A DNA stretch of 49,512 nt. It comes from an uncultured Ignavibacteria bacterium (GTDB taxonomy: Bacteria > Zixibacteria > MSB-5A5 > SM1-73). The notes under the pieces were generated by a model that saw only the letters and a list, made by a program, of their open reading frames with translations, did no database searches and had not been told where the DNA came from. Position 1 is the first letter of the stretch; every line of letters starts with the position of its first letter. Shown here in pieces: positions 14,903-23,071 of this stretch. The translations under genes and the position numbers were made by a program. The stretch is from contig CAZWAO010000001.1 in NCBI GenBank assembly GCA_964631815.1, positions 1 through 49,512 on the forward strand. The letters are read 5' to 3'.

Positions 14903-17893
14903 ATGCTTAAAGGAGAGCGAAGGATTTTTGTCCTTGTTTTGTCGGTCTGCCTGCTCCTGGTGGCCGAAGCGGCGTCGGGAGCAGCCATCAACAAGGATCA
15001 TGACTGGCAGATCATCCAAAACCGGCTGGCCGAATTTGAGCCTGCCGAGTCGGCAGTTGGGCCGGTGGTGAAAGACGGTCCCAAAGCTGGTGGAGACTTA
15101 ATCTGGTGGTTTCAGGGAATCGAAAACGTGGAATCCGTCTCGCCGTTTGTGGACGTGGACGGTGATGTGCTTCCGGACGTGCTGTTGGAAACCTACGATT
15201 CCGGCGCCCCGGCGGCAGATCACTTCTATTGCATCAAAGGGAACAGTCCCGGTTACGGCACGGTTCTTTGGTCCTGTCGGCCGGTGGGAGGACCGAGCAA
15301 CAGCGGCGGCTACGGCGATCAGTGCGTGTCCTATACCAGCGATCTAAACGGTGACGGGCATGCCGATGCTTTACTGGGCACGGCCTGGGGAGGCCGGACC
15401 GCGTATGGCATAGACGGCGTGAACGGAGGCACCATCTGGTCCTATGACACCTACGTGTACACTCCCTCCGGGTGGGTTTACAGCATCTGCCCCATCCAGG
15501 ATTTAAGCGGGGATGGTGTACCGGAGGTGGTCTTCGGGTGCGGCTCGGACGCCAACGCCGCTTACTGCGTCGACGGCACCAACGGCTCCTTGATCTGGAA
15601 ATTCCAGGCCAACGATGCGGTCTTTTCGGTGGCTGAGATCAGAGACGTGAATGGAGACGGGAAGAATGACGCTCTGGTGGGAACCGGCGATCCGGATGAG
15701 GATCGGCTGGTTTGCGTCTCCGGCGCCAGCTCGGGAAGCGCCACTTTAAGATGGCAAATCCACCTGGGGAACTCGGTGCATACCGTGGCAGCCATAGAGG
15801 ATGTCAACGGAGACGGAAAGCAAGACGCCTTGGCCGGCGTATGGGACGGAAGAGTGTATTGTCGAAGCGGCGTGGGTGGAGCCCATATCTGGAGCTACTA
15901 CGTGGGCGATTACATCATGCGGGTGGTCCCCATTGCCGACATCGATGACGACGGTATTCAGGACGTTCTCGTGGGATCCTGGGCTAATGCCATAATCTGT
16001 CTCTCCGGAGTGGATGGGTCCTTAATCTGCCGGTACACCGTGGGAACTCTTAACGGAGGGGACGTGTGGAGCGTGGATGCCATGGGTGACGTGAACGGTG
16101 ACGGCTATCCTGAGGCTTTGGGAGGATCGTTCGACTACAATGTGTATTGCGTTGACTTGAGACAGTGCGACACCCTCTGGACATACTACACCGGAAACCG
16201 CCTGTATACGGTCAGAGGTTTGCCGGATGTGAATGGCGACAATACCCCCGACGCCCTGGCCGGAACCCAGATGCTCAGCTCGTCCGGAGGAAAAGCTTAC
16301 TGCATCTCCGGTGGTGCTCCGCTGGACACCCTGCCGAACATCGTCAGCACCTGGCCCACGCAGAACCAATTGAACGTCCCCATCGACGCCGACATTTCGG
16401 TGACCTTCGATGTGCCCATGGATGAAACCACCATCAACAGCTCCACCTTGGTGGTCAACTCATGGTCCACCGGGCTTCATCAGGGAATCATCACCTACGA
16501 TGGCGGAACCAAAACGGCCACCCTGAATCCTTCGGTGGATTTCGATGAAGGGGAATTGGTAACCGTGGTACTCACCACGGGGATAGAATCGTTCTGGGGT
16601 ACTCCGTTGGAGAACAGCTACGTCTGGTCCTTCACTACCGAGGTCAGCGACGAAAGCCCCGGAACTTTCAGGCTGGATTCATCCTACACGGCGGGCGATA
16701 GCCCTTGGTCCATCTTCGCAGCCGACTTAAATGGCGACGGCGACGTGGACTTGGCCACCGCCAACGCCTACTCGGATAACATCTCAGTTCTATTGAACGC
16801 GGGGGACGGCACTTTTGCGGCTCACGTGACTTATCCGGTGGGCGACGAGCCCTGGTCGATCTTTGGAGGCGATCTTGACGGTGATGGAGACATAGACTTA
16901 GTGAGCGGCAGCATGGCCAACAACACGGTTTCGGTTTTGCTCAACAATGGAGACGGCACCTTTGCTCCCCAATCAACCTGCTTAGTCGGCACCAGCCCTA
17001 TCTGCGAATTTGCCGGCGATCTCGACGGCGATGGCGACCTGGACCTGGCAACGGCAAACGTATATTCCGACGACATCTCGGTCCTGTTGAACAACGGGGA
17101 CGGAACCTTTGCCGCGCAATCCCTCTATTCCGCCGGTGCGGGAAGCATGCCCGCATACGTCTTCGCGGCCGATCTTGACGGTGACGGGGATCTGGACCTG
17201 CAGACTTCCAACTACGGCACCTACGACGTTACGGTTTTGATGAACGACGGGCACGGCGCCTTCACCTTGTCGGCGCTCTATCCGGTAGGCGATCTTCCCT
17301 TGTCGGTTTTAGCCGCCGATCTGGATGCGGACGGTGACTTGGACTTGGAGACGGCCAATTGCTACTCCTACAATGTCTCGGTCCTCTTGAACAACGGCGA
17401 CGGCACCTTTGGCGCCCAGTCGGTCTATCCTGCTGGCACCAACCCGTGGTCGAGCTTCGCCGTGGACGTGGACGGTGACGGTGACCTGGACCTGGCCACA
17501 TCAAACGAGTATTCCAACGACGTCTACATTCATCTGAACAACGGGGACGGTACGTTCGTCGTCGATTCGATCTATCCGGTCGGCGATTACCCTTACTCCG
17601 TTTCTGCCGCTGACTTTGACGGCGACGGCGATCTGGACTTAGCGACCGCCAATCACGGCACCGACGACGTTTCGGTTCTGCTCAACTGCCTGTGCACCGG
17701 CAACGCCAACGGAGACGAGATAACGGACGTGGCGGACGCGATTTATCTTCTGAACTACCTTTTCAAGGAGGGACCAGCCCCCAGTCCGTTGTTGACCGGC
17801 AACGTGAACTGTGACGGTGTAGTGGACGTGGGAGATGCCATCTACCTTTTGAATTATCTGTTCAAGTCAGGTCCTCCGCCCAAATGCTGTTAG
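14903..17893 (+). CDS. Large secreted double beta-propeller (FG-GAP/VCBS-type) protein with an Ig-like domain and a C-terminal dockerin
   Basis: 996 aa. AGGAGG Shine-Dalgarno and a signal peptide (RRIFVLVLSVCLLLVAEAASGAA). Eight D[VLI]NGDG...YC[VI].G..G..[IL]W blades span about 15149-16320. The Ig-like module is at 16334-16639. Seven ~49-aa FG-GAP repeats and a dockerin follow. Confidence 0.9.
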   Translation: MLKGERRIFVLVLSVCLLLVAEAASGAAINKDHDWQIIQNRLAEFEPAESAVGPVVKDGPKAGGDLIWWFQGIENVESVSPFVDVDGDVLPDVLLETYDSGAPAADHFYCIKGNSPGYGTVLWSCRPVGGPSNSGGYGDQCVSYTSDLNGDGHADALLGTAWGGRTAYGIDGVNGGTIWSYDTYVYTPSGWVYSICPIQDLSGDGVPEVVFGCGSDANAAYCVDGTNGSLIWKFQANDAVFSVAEIRDVNGDGKNDALVGTGDPDEDRLVCVSGASSGSATLRWQIHLGNSVHTVAAIEDVNGDGKQDALAGVWDGRVYCRSGVGGAHIWSYYVGDYIMRVVPIADIDDDGIQDVLVGSWANAIICLSGVDGSLICRYTVGTLNGGDVWSVDAMGDVNGDGYPEALGGSFDYNVYCVDLRQCDTLWTYYTGNRLYTVRGLPDVNGDNTPDALAGTQMLSSSGGKAYCISGGAPLDTLPNIVSTWPTQNQLNVPIDADISVTFDVPMDETTINSSTLVVNSWSTGLHQGIITYDGGTKTATLNPSVDFDEGELVTVVLTTGIESFWGTPLENSYVWSFTTEVSDESPGTFRLDSSYTAGDSPWSIFAADLNGDGDVDLATANAYSDNISVLLNAGDGTFAAHVTYPVGDEPWSIFGGDLDGDGDIDLVSGSMANNTVSVLLNNGDGTFAPQSTCLVGTSPICEFAGDLDGDGDLDLATANVYSDDISVLLNNGDGTFAAQSLYSAGAGSMPAYVFAADLDGDGDLDLQTSNYGTYDVTVLMNDGHGAFTLSALYPVGDLPLSVLAADLDADGDLDLETANCYSYNVSVLLNNGDGTFGAQSVYPAGTNPWSSFAVDVDGDGDLDLATSNEYSNDVYIHLNNGDGTFVVDSIYPVGDYPYSVSAADFDGDGDLDLATANHGTDDVSVLLNCLCTGNANGDEITDVADAIYLLNYLFKEGPAPSPLLTGNVNCDGVVDVGDAIYLLNYLFKSGPPPKCC
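16684..17689 (+). repeat. Seven tandem ~147-nt coding repeats (FG-GAP/VCBS blades)
   Basis: Repeated unit: P[WL]S.FAADLDGDGDLDLATAN..S[DN][DN][VI]SVLLNNGDGTF......YP.G. Confidence 0.85.
17699..17890 (+). other. Dockerin-type module (class 1), C-terminus of the 996-aa protein
   Basis: [64 protein letters not shown]: two Ca-loop plus helix segments. Confidence 0.8.
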
Positions 17894-18147
17894 CCGGCGG
17901 CGGTCGGATTACATGGGGTTGACTTTTGCAGCCGCAGACTTTTGGTCTGCGCGCTTGAGCACAGGTTCCCCGGCGCGCTGCTACAAGGAGCATTGTCAAC
18001 CGTACCACATTGATGACTTTGCATCTTTTGTCGTGTCTTGGTGAACGGCGGTATGAGGAAAGCGATAAACTATGAAAGCGGAGACATTGAAGTCTCCAAT
18101 CACGGGAGGCGGAGGCCTCCCGCCATCTTTTCAGGAGAAGACAGCCC

Positions 18148-18912
18148 ATGGACATGAGGATCAAAGACAAGTTCCTGCAGTCGTGGCGGAAATACTTCGA
18201 CGATGCGGAGTTGCCCATTATCTTCTACTACACGGATGATGCAACGCCCGCAGAGGTGCTGAAGCCGCCCTCGGAACATAGATGTGTAATTTGCGATCTG
18301 GGGCGGGTCAGAAGCGGGGAGTCCCTCTGTTTCGGCCCCGATTCGCCCGGATGCGGAGGCGGAAAGAGATACTTCGGATTCACCCAGGAGCTTTCCCCCA
18401 ACTTCGAATATTTCCTGTCTTGCGGAATACCGGGGAAGCTGGAGGGCGAGCGCTACAAGAAAACGCCCGAGCTGGTCAAGGAAGCGCTCAAAAGATCGCC
18501 CCAGTTCAAGGCCCCGGCGAATTTCATTGTCTTCAAACGGTGGGATTCTCTGGAGAAGTCCGATGATCCTCAGGTGGTGATATTCTTTTCCCCGCCGGAC
18601 GTTCTCTCCGGACTTTTCACCTTGACTAACTACGACGAGGCCGATCCCGACGGGGTATTTGCGCCGTTCGGTGCCGGATGCAGTACCATCGTGCAGTATC
18701 CTTTCCTGGAGAGAAACTCCGAACGTCCCCGGGCGGTTCTGGGGATGTTCGACGTTTCGGCTCGACCCTGCGTCCCGCAAAACGTTCTGACCATTTCCGT
18801 GCCCATGGACAAGTTCGTCAGGATGATCGATAATATGGATGAGAGCTTTCTGATCACCGGTTCCTGGAACAAAGTGAACCGGAGAATAGGCCGCTCGGAG
18901 AAAAATAACTAA
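18148..18912 (+). CDS. DUF169 family protein (cytoplasmic, Cys-containing)
   Basis: 254 aa, no signal peptide. CVICDL...GCGGGKRYFGF...PQVVIFFSPPDVLSGLF...GAGCSTIV...ARPC resembles the DUF169/COG2043 pattern. Confidence 0.6.
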   Translation: MDMRIKDKFLQSWRKYFDDAELPIIFYYTDDATPAEVLKPPSEHRCVICDLGRVRSGESLCFGPDSPGCGGGKRYFGFTQELSPNFEYFLSCGIPGKLEGERYKKTPELVKEALKRSPQFKAPANFIVFKRWDSLEKSDDPQVVIFFSPPDVLSGLFTLTNYDEADPDGVFAPFGAGCSTIVQYPFLERNSERPRAVLGMFDVSARPCVPQNVLTISVPMDKFVRMIDNMDESFLITGSWNKVNRRIGRSEKNN

Positions 18913-18993
18913 TTCTCAGCCGGAGAAAAAAACAACTTGTGACAACTCCGCGCATACACAACTAAGAAATCAGCTTCCCTGTCTGGAGGTTCT

Positions 18994-20700
18994 ATGACCA
19001 AATGGACGATGTTCTGCTTGACCTGCGGGCTCATTTTAGTCGGTATGAGCGGCCGGGTTTTTGCCGCCGATCTTTCACGGGCGGTGATTTTGGACGTGCC
19101 GGATTCCAAAATCGAATCGCAGTTCGGGAAACTGCCTCCTTTGCAGCTTACTCCGCAGGATTTGGCCGGCATGGCCTCCTATCGATTCGAGGGCGACACT
19201 CTTAAAGTACTTGCCATCTTGGTGGAATGGGACAATCGACCTCATACCTATTCCCGGGAGACCTTCGACAGCCTCCTTTTTTCCAGGAATGTATTTCCGG
19301 GGGGTTCTCTGGCAGACTACTACTATGAGGTATCCTACGGACAGCTATGCGTCACCGGGCAGGTTCTGGAGTGGTATAACGCCGGATGGTATTACGACGA
19401 CTATTGGCTGGAGGATCTTTTTGCCGATCTGGACCCGGACATAGACTACTCTCAGTTCGATGGCGATCACAATGGCGACGTGGACGCCGCGGTCTTCATT
19501 CGCTCGGGCAACGGTGAGGAGGACTCGCAAGTCTCCTGGGATATCTGGTCTTATGCCATGGTTTACCCACCGGGTTCAGGCCCCGGACCATTCGACGGTA
19601 TGTACATACCCAGATGGAATACCTCCCCGGAGACACGACCGCTGCGGAATCCGGATAACCCCACACAGTTTTCCGGAGTCGACACGCTCAATCGGATTCG
19701 GGTATTCGCCCATGAAATGGCCCATTGTATCGGATTGCCGGACCTGTATGACTATGATGACAAGCTGGTGACCTCCACCTACTACACGCCCGATGACGAC
19801 AACGATCATCCCTATATGGATTGGTGTTTGATGGGATATTACGGCTACGGGCTGTTCTCCATCGGGACCGACATACCGGTTCATCTCTGCGGATGGTGCA
19901 AGAAGGAGATGGGATGGATCCAGCCGGTCGTGCTGACCGAGGGCACCTACCAGGATCTGGTGATACACAGCTTCGAGACGACCAACGACAGCTCCCTGTA
20001 CCTGATTCCGATAGATCCGGCCCAAGGTGAGTATTTCCTCTTGGAATACCGCAACCGAGTCTCCCCGGCCCAGTATGACAAGGTGGATTCCGACTTCAGC
20101 TGCTATTTCTGGCCGGATTTGGCCTATGGCTGCGATCCCTTAGACCGGGGGCTTCTGGTGACCCACGTTCACGACTCGCTGGGCGCATACTACTGGCGGA
20201 TAAACAGCGGCACGCCGGATCTCCCCCATTACACCGTGGCCGTGGAAGACGCAGGCTACAATCCCACACGGGACGTTTGGAGCAATCCGGAAGGGTTCGT
20301 CACCGACAGCGCCCAGTGGTGGTACCCGTACGAAACCAGGAAGGCAGCGGTGTTCTCAAGCGATGTATCAGGTCAGGAGACTTTTGGTCCCGAAACCTAT
20401 CCCAGCAGCGACGGATACTACAGCCCCACCGGAATAGTGGTCACCGTCGATTCTATGCTAAGCGACAGGCTTTATGCCTACGTCTACATCCCGTCGTCGT
20501 TCTCACTTGGCGATGCAAACGGCGATGAGGTGGTAGACCTTGAGGACGTGATCTTTCTGCTGAACTACCTGTTCAAAAACGACGACCCTCCCGACCCGTT
20601 GGAGGCGGGCGATGCCAACTGCAATGGCACGGTCGAGCTGGGGGATGCCATCTTTCTCTTGAACTATCTTTTCAGAAACGGCCCACATCCGAGCTGTTAG
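18994..20700 (+). CDS. Secreted M6-family (immune inhibitor A-like) metalloprotease with a C-terminal dockerin
   Basis: 568 aa. Signal peptide (FCLTCGLILVGMSGRVFA). LKVLAILVEWDN...GSLADYYYEVSYGQL...DGDHNGDVDA...VFAHEMAHCIGLPDLYD (HExxH plus the LPDLYD hallmark of the M6 domain). Confidence 0.85.
   Translation: MTKWTMFCLTCGLILVGMSGRVFAADLSRAVILDVPDSKIESQFGKLPPLQLTPQDLAGMASYRFEGDTLKVLAILVEWDNRPHTYSRETFDSLLFSRNVFPGGSLADYYYEVSYGQLCVTGQVLEWYNAGWYYDDYWLEDLFADLDPDIDYSQFDGDHNGDVDAAVFIRSGNGEEDSQVSWDIWSYAMVYPPGSGPGPFDGMYIPRWNTSPETRPLRNPDNPTQFSGVDTLNRIRVFAHEMAHCIGLPDLYDYDDKLVTSTYYTPDDDNDHPYMDWCLMGYYGYGLFSIGTDIPVHLCGWCKKEMGWIQPVVLTEGTYQDLVIHSFETTNDSSLYLIPIDPAQGEYFLLEYRNRVSPAQYDKVDSDFSCYFWPDLAYGCDPLDRGLLVTHVHDSLGAYYWRINSGTPDLPHYTVAVEDAGYNPTRDVWSNPEGFVTDSAQWWYPYETRKAAVFSSDVSGQETFGPETYPSSDGYYSPTGIVVTVDSMLSDRLYAYVYIPSSFSLGDANGDEVVDLEDVIFLLNYLFKNDDPPDPLEAGDANCNGTVELGDAIFLLNYLFRNGPHPSC
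20509..20697 (+). other. Dockerin-type module (class 1), C-terminus of the M6 protease
   Basis: GDANGDEVVDLEDVIFLLNYLFKNDDPPDPLEAGDANCNGTVELGDAIFLLNYLFRNGPHPSC. Confidence 0.8.
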
Positions 20701-20728
20701 CATATAGCCGTTGATGGAGCACAATTCG

Positions 20729-20764
20729 GCCCCAGCCTCGTTTGAGCTGGGGCTTTCTTCTATT
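20729..20764 (+). terminator. Rho-independent terminator after the M6 protease gene
   Basis: GCCCCAGC-(9 nt)-GCTGGGGC stem followed by TTTCTTCTATT. Confidence 0.6.
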
Positions 20765-20848
20765 CGAACAGGACCTTTTCGGTTTTGACCTTCCGATGAC
20801 CATCCGGTCACATGATCGACATCCACCAAGCTCCGGGACAGATTTTCC

Positions 20849-20878
20849 TTGACCCCAGACCGTAGCGACGGATATATT
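20849..20878 (+). promoter_or_regulatory. Sigma70-type promoter TTGACC-N18-TATATT
   Basis: Read directly from the sequence, 30 nt upstream of GTG 20909. The -35 coincides with the ORF-track TTG start, which argues against that start. Confidence 0.45.
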
Positions 20879-20908
20879 TGCCTGAAGCCAAATCGAAAAG
20901 GAGGGAAT

Positions 20909-22762
20909 GTGAACCAACGTGTCGGGCCTTTCAAGCAGCTAAGAAGACTTTTTCCCGTTCTGTGTCTTATCGTCTTTATTCTCCTCGGCTGGAATAGGAG
21001 TACTCTCGCAGCAAAGGACTACTACATTCAGAATGTAACCATACAAGCCCGACTAAACGCCGACGGCAGCATGGACATAAAGGAGACCAGGACCTATTTG
21101 TTCCGGGGACATTTCCACTGGGCTACCTACCATCTGCCCACCGACAGGACCGGCGGGGTGATCGATTTCACCGTGGGCGAGGAAGGCAGGGCGTATTCCC
21201 GGGGATACCAGGCAGTAGCGGGAACTTATCAATATGATGAAACCGCCGATGCAATTGACGCCAAGTGGTTCTTCGACGCTGAGGATGAAATCCGCGTTTT
21301 TGTTCTCTCCTACAGAATCCTGGACGTGGTGAAGCTCTATCAGGACGCTGCGGTCTTGTATCACAAGTTCGTAGGGACCGGTTGGGATAAAACATCCCAA
21401 CAGGTAAACGTGACCGTTTATCCTCCCGAGGCGATTGACAAAAAAGACGTGAAAGCATGGGCTCACGGACCCTTGTGGGGCACAATCCGGATCACGGATG
21501 ATGGGTCGCTCGTGGCTGAAGTACAGAGTCTGCCGGCAAAGACCTTTTGGGAGATCAGAGCCATATATCCGACAAGTCTCTTTCCGGGGATCATGGAGGT
21601 GATTCCCGAAAGGGTGGTTGAAAACATCCTGGCCGAGGAGAAAACCTGGGCAGATGAGGCCAATAAAAAGAGAGAGGAATGGACAAGAAAGCAAAAAGCC
21701 AGAAAGGTTCTTACCGGATACGGAAGTTGGGTGGTTCTGATATTAAGTGGATTCGGCCTCTGGAGGGTGATCCGGCTTTACAAACGATATGGAAGGAAAC
21801 ATAAGGTCTCCTTTCCCGACACCTTTTACTCCGAGCTTCCGTCGGACATCCCGCCTGCCCTGCTGAGTTATCTTCTGCATCGTGGACAGTTGGGCGGAGG
21901 AGCTTTGGTGGGCACTCTGCTCGACTTAGCCCGGCGTGGTTTCCTGAAGATCAAGGAGGACATGCAGACCAAGAGGGGAATCTTCGGGTCCTCCAAAAAG
22001 CGTCTGTATACACTACAATTCGCTCGTGACTTCCATTCGGAGAATAAGGAAAGCTTGAAGGATTTCGAGGAAAGTCTCCTGGCGTTTATTTTCGATGATC
22101 TGGCCGAAGGCAGGGACGAAATCGACTTTGCGACTTTGAAGAAGAGTCGCTCCAGATTCCTCAGTTGGTTCAGGCAATGGAAGAAAGAGGTGCAAGCGAT
22201 GGGCAAAAACCAGGGCTACTGGGAGAAAGAGAGCCTGAAGGCCAGCAAAAAGGGAATGTTCGTGGGGCTGCTTTTTATCGTGGTGACGATCCTGTCGGTG
22301 ATCTTAATCGGAGCATGGGCTATAGTGCCGGGCATCAGCGCTGTTGTCCTTATGATTATCTCTGGTTTCATCCCCAGACGGACCCCGGAGTACGAGTTGG
22401 AAGCGACAAAATGGAGGGGGTTGAGAAAGTATCTGAAAAAATATCATTTCAGAGATTCAGACAGCCGGTTCTTCTTGGAGAATATCGGCAGATTCTTGGC
22501 TTACGCGGTCGTTTTGGGATTGTCTGCTGAGGTGATCAAGAAGATGGCCGAGATGATACCAGAAGGCCAACAGAGCACCTATGTTCCCTGGTATGCGGCC
22601 AGCCATCCTCATGCCGATTTCTCGCCGGCCGGGTTTGGTGAAGCTCTCTCCTCACTCATGACTACAGCTACAACCACCATGAGTTCTGCCTCCGGAAGCG
22701 GCGGGGGTGCTTCGGGAGGAGGGGGCGGCGGAACCGGTGGCTCTGGCGGCGGAGCGGGTTGA
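20909..22762 (+). CDS. DUF2207 domain membrane protein with a Gly-rich C-terminal tail
   Basis: GTG 20909 is preceded by AAGGAGGG. It has a signal/anchor segment (LFPVLCLIVFILLGW), an extracytoplasmic N-domain (YYIQNVTIQARLNADGSMDIKETRTY..F.G.FHWATY), several TM segments and the tail SGSGGGASGGGGGGTGGSGGGAG, all typical of DUF2207. Confidence 0.8.
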   Translation: MNQRVGPFKQLRRLFPVLCLIVFILLGWNRSTLAAKDYYIQNVTIQARLNADGSMDIKETRTYLFRGHFHWATYHLPTDRTGGVIDFTVGEEGRAYSRGYQAVAGTYQYDETADAIDAKWFFDAEDEIRVFVLSYRILDVVKLYQDAAVLYHKFVGTGWDKTSQQVNVTVYPPEAIDKKDVKAWAHGPLWGTIRITDDGSLVAEVQSLPAKTFWEIRAIYPTSLFPGIMEVIPERVVENILAEEKTWADEANKKREEWTRKQKARKVLTGYGSWVVLILSGFGLWRVIRLYKRYGRKHKVSFPDTFYSELPSDIPPALLSYLLHRGQLGGGALVGTLLDLARRGFLKIKEDMQTKRGIFGSSKKRLYTLQFARDFHSENKESLKDFEESLLAFIFDDLAEGRDEIDFATLKKSRSRFLSWFRQWKKEVQAMGKNQGYWEKESLKASKKGMFVGLLFIVVTILSVILIGAWAIVPGISAVVLMIISGFIPRRTPEYELEATKWRGLRKYLKKYHFRDSDSRFFLENIGRFLAYAVVLGLSAEVIKKMAEMIPEGQQSTYVPWYAASHPHADFSPAGFGEALSSLMTTATTTMSSASGSGGGASGGGGGGTGGSGGGAG

Positions 22763-22887
22763 TTTCCCCAAGTCCGGGGGAGTATACGAAGAGGCTACCG
22801 CCCCGCTTTTTTCTTTTAATGAGATTGAATCATCGTAACTTCGTTTGCTCCGATTAAGAGAATCGCTGCCCACGCTGACGATTCGTC

Positions 22888-22915
22888 TTTACAAAATCGT
22901 CTGTAGGCTTATTTT
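22888..22915 (+). promoter_or_regulatory. Candidate promoter TTTACA-N16-TATTTT
   Basis: Read directly from the sequence. A transcript from here would carry the double-hairpin element (22954-23034) in its 5' UTR. Confidence 0.35.
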
Positions 22916-22953
22916 GTGGTAAGAGAAAGGTTACTTCATTCAAGCCCATAGCG

Positions 22954-23034
22954 TCAAGTTGCGTCGGGATATTGTTATCCCGACGCGAAATCAAAGTTGA
23001 GAGTGCATCGGGACTACAAAGTCCCGATGCAACA
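22954..23034 (+). repeat. Double-hairpin repeat element, copy A (81 bp)
   Basis: TCAAGTT-GCGTCGGGATA/TTGT/TATCCCGACGC-GAAATCAAAGTTGAGAGT-GCATCGGGACT/ACAA/AGTCCCGATGC-AACA. It has two perfect 11-bp stems and is repeated at 24544-24627. Confidence 0.85.
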
Positions 23035-23071
23035 GAGCCCCAGCCGTTTGGTGATCTTCCACGGAGGAAAC

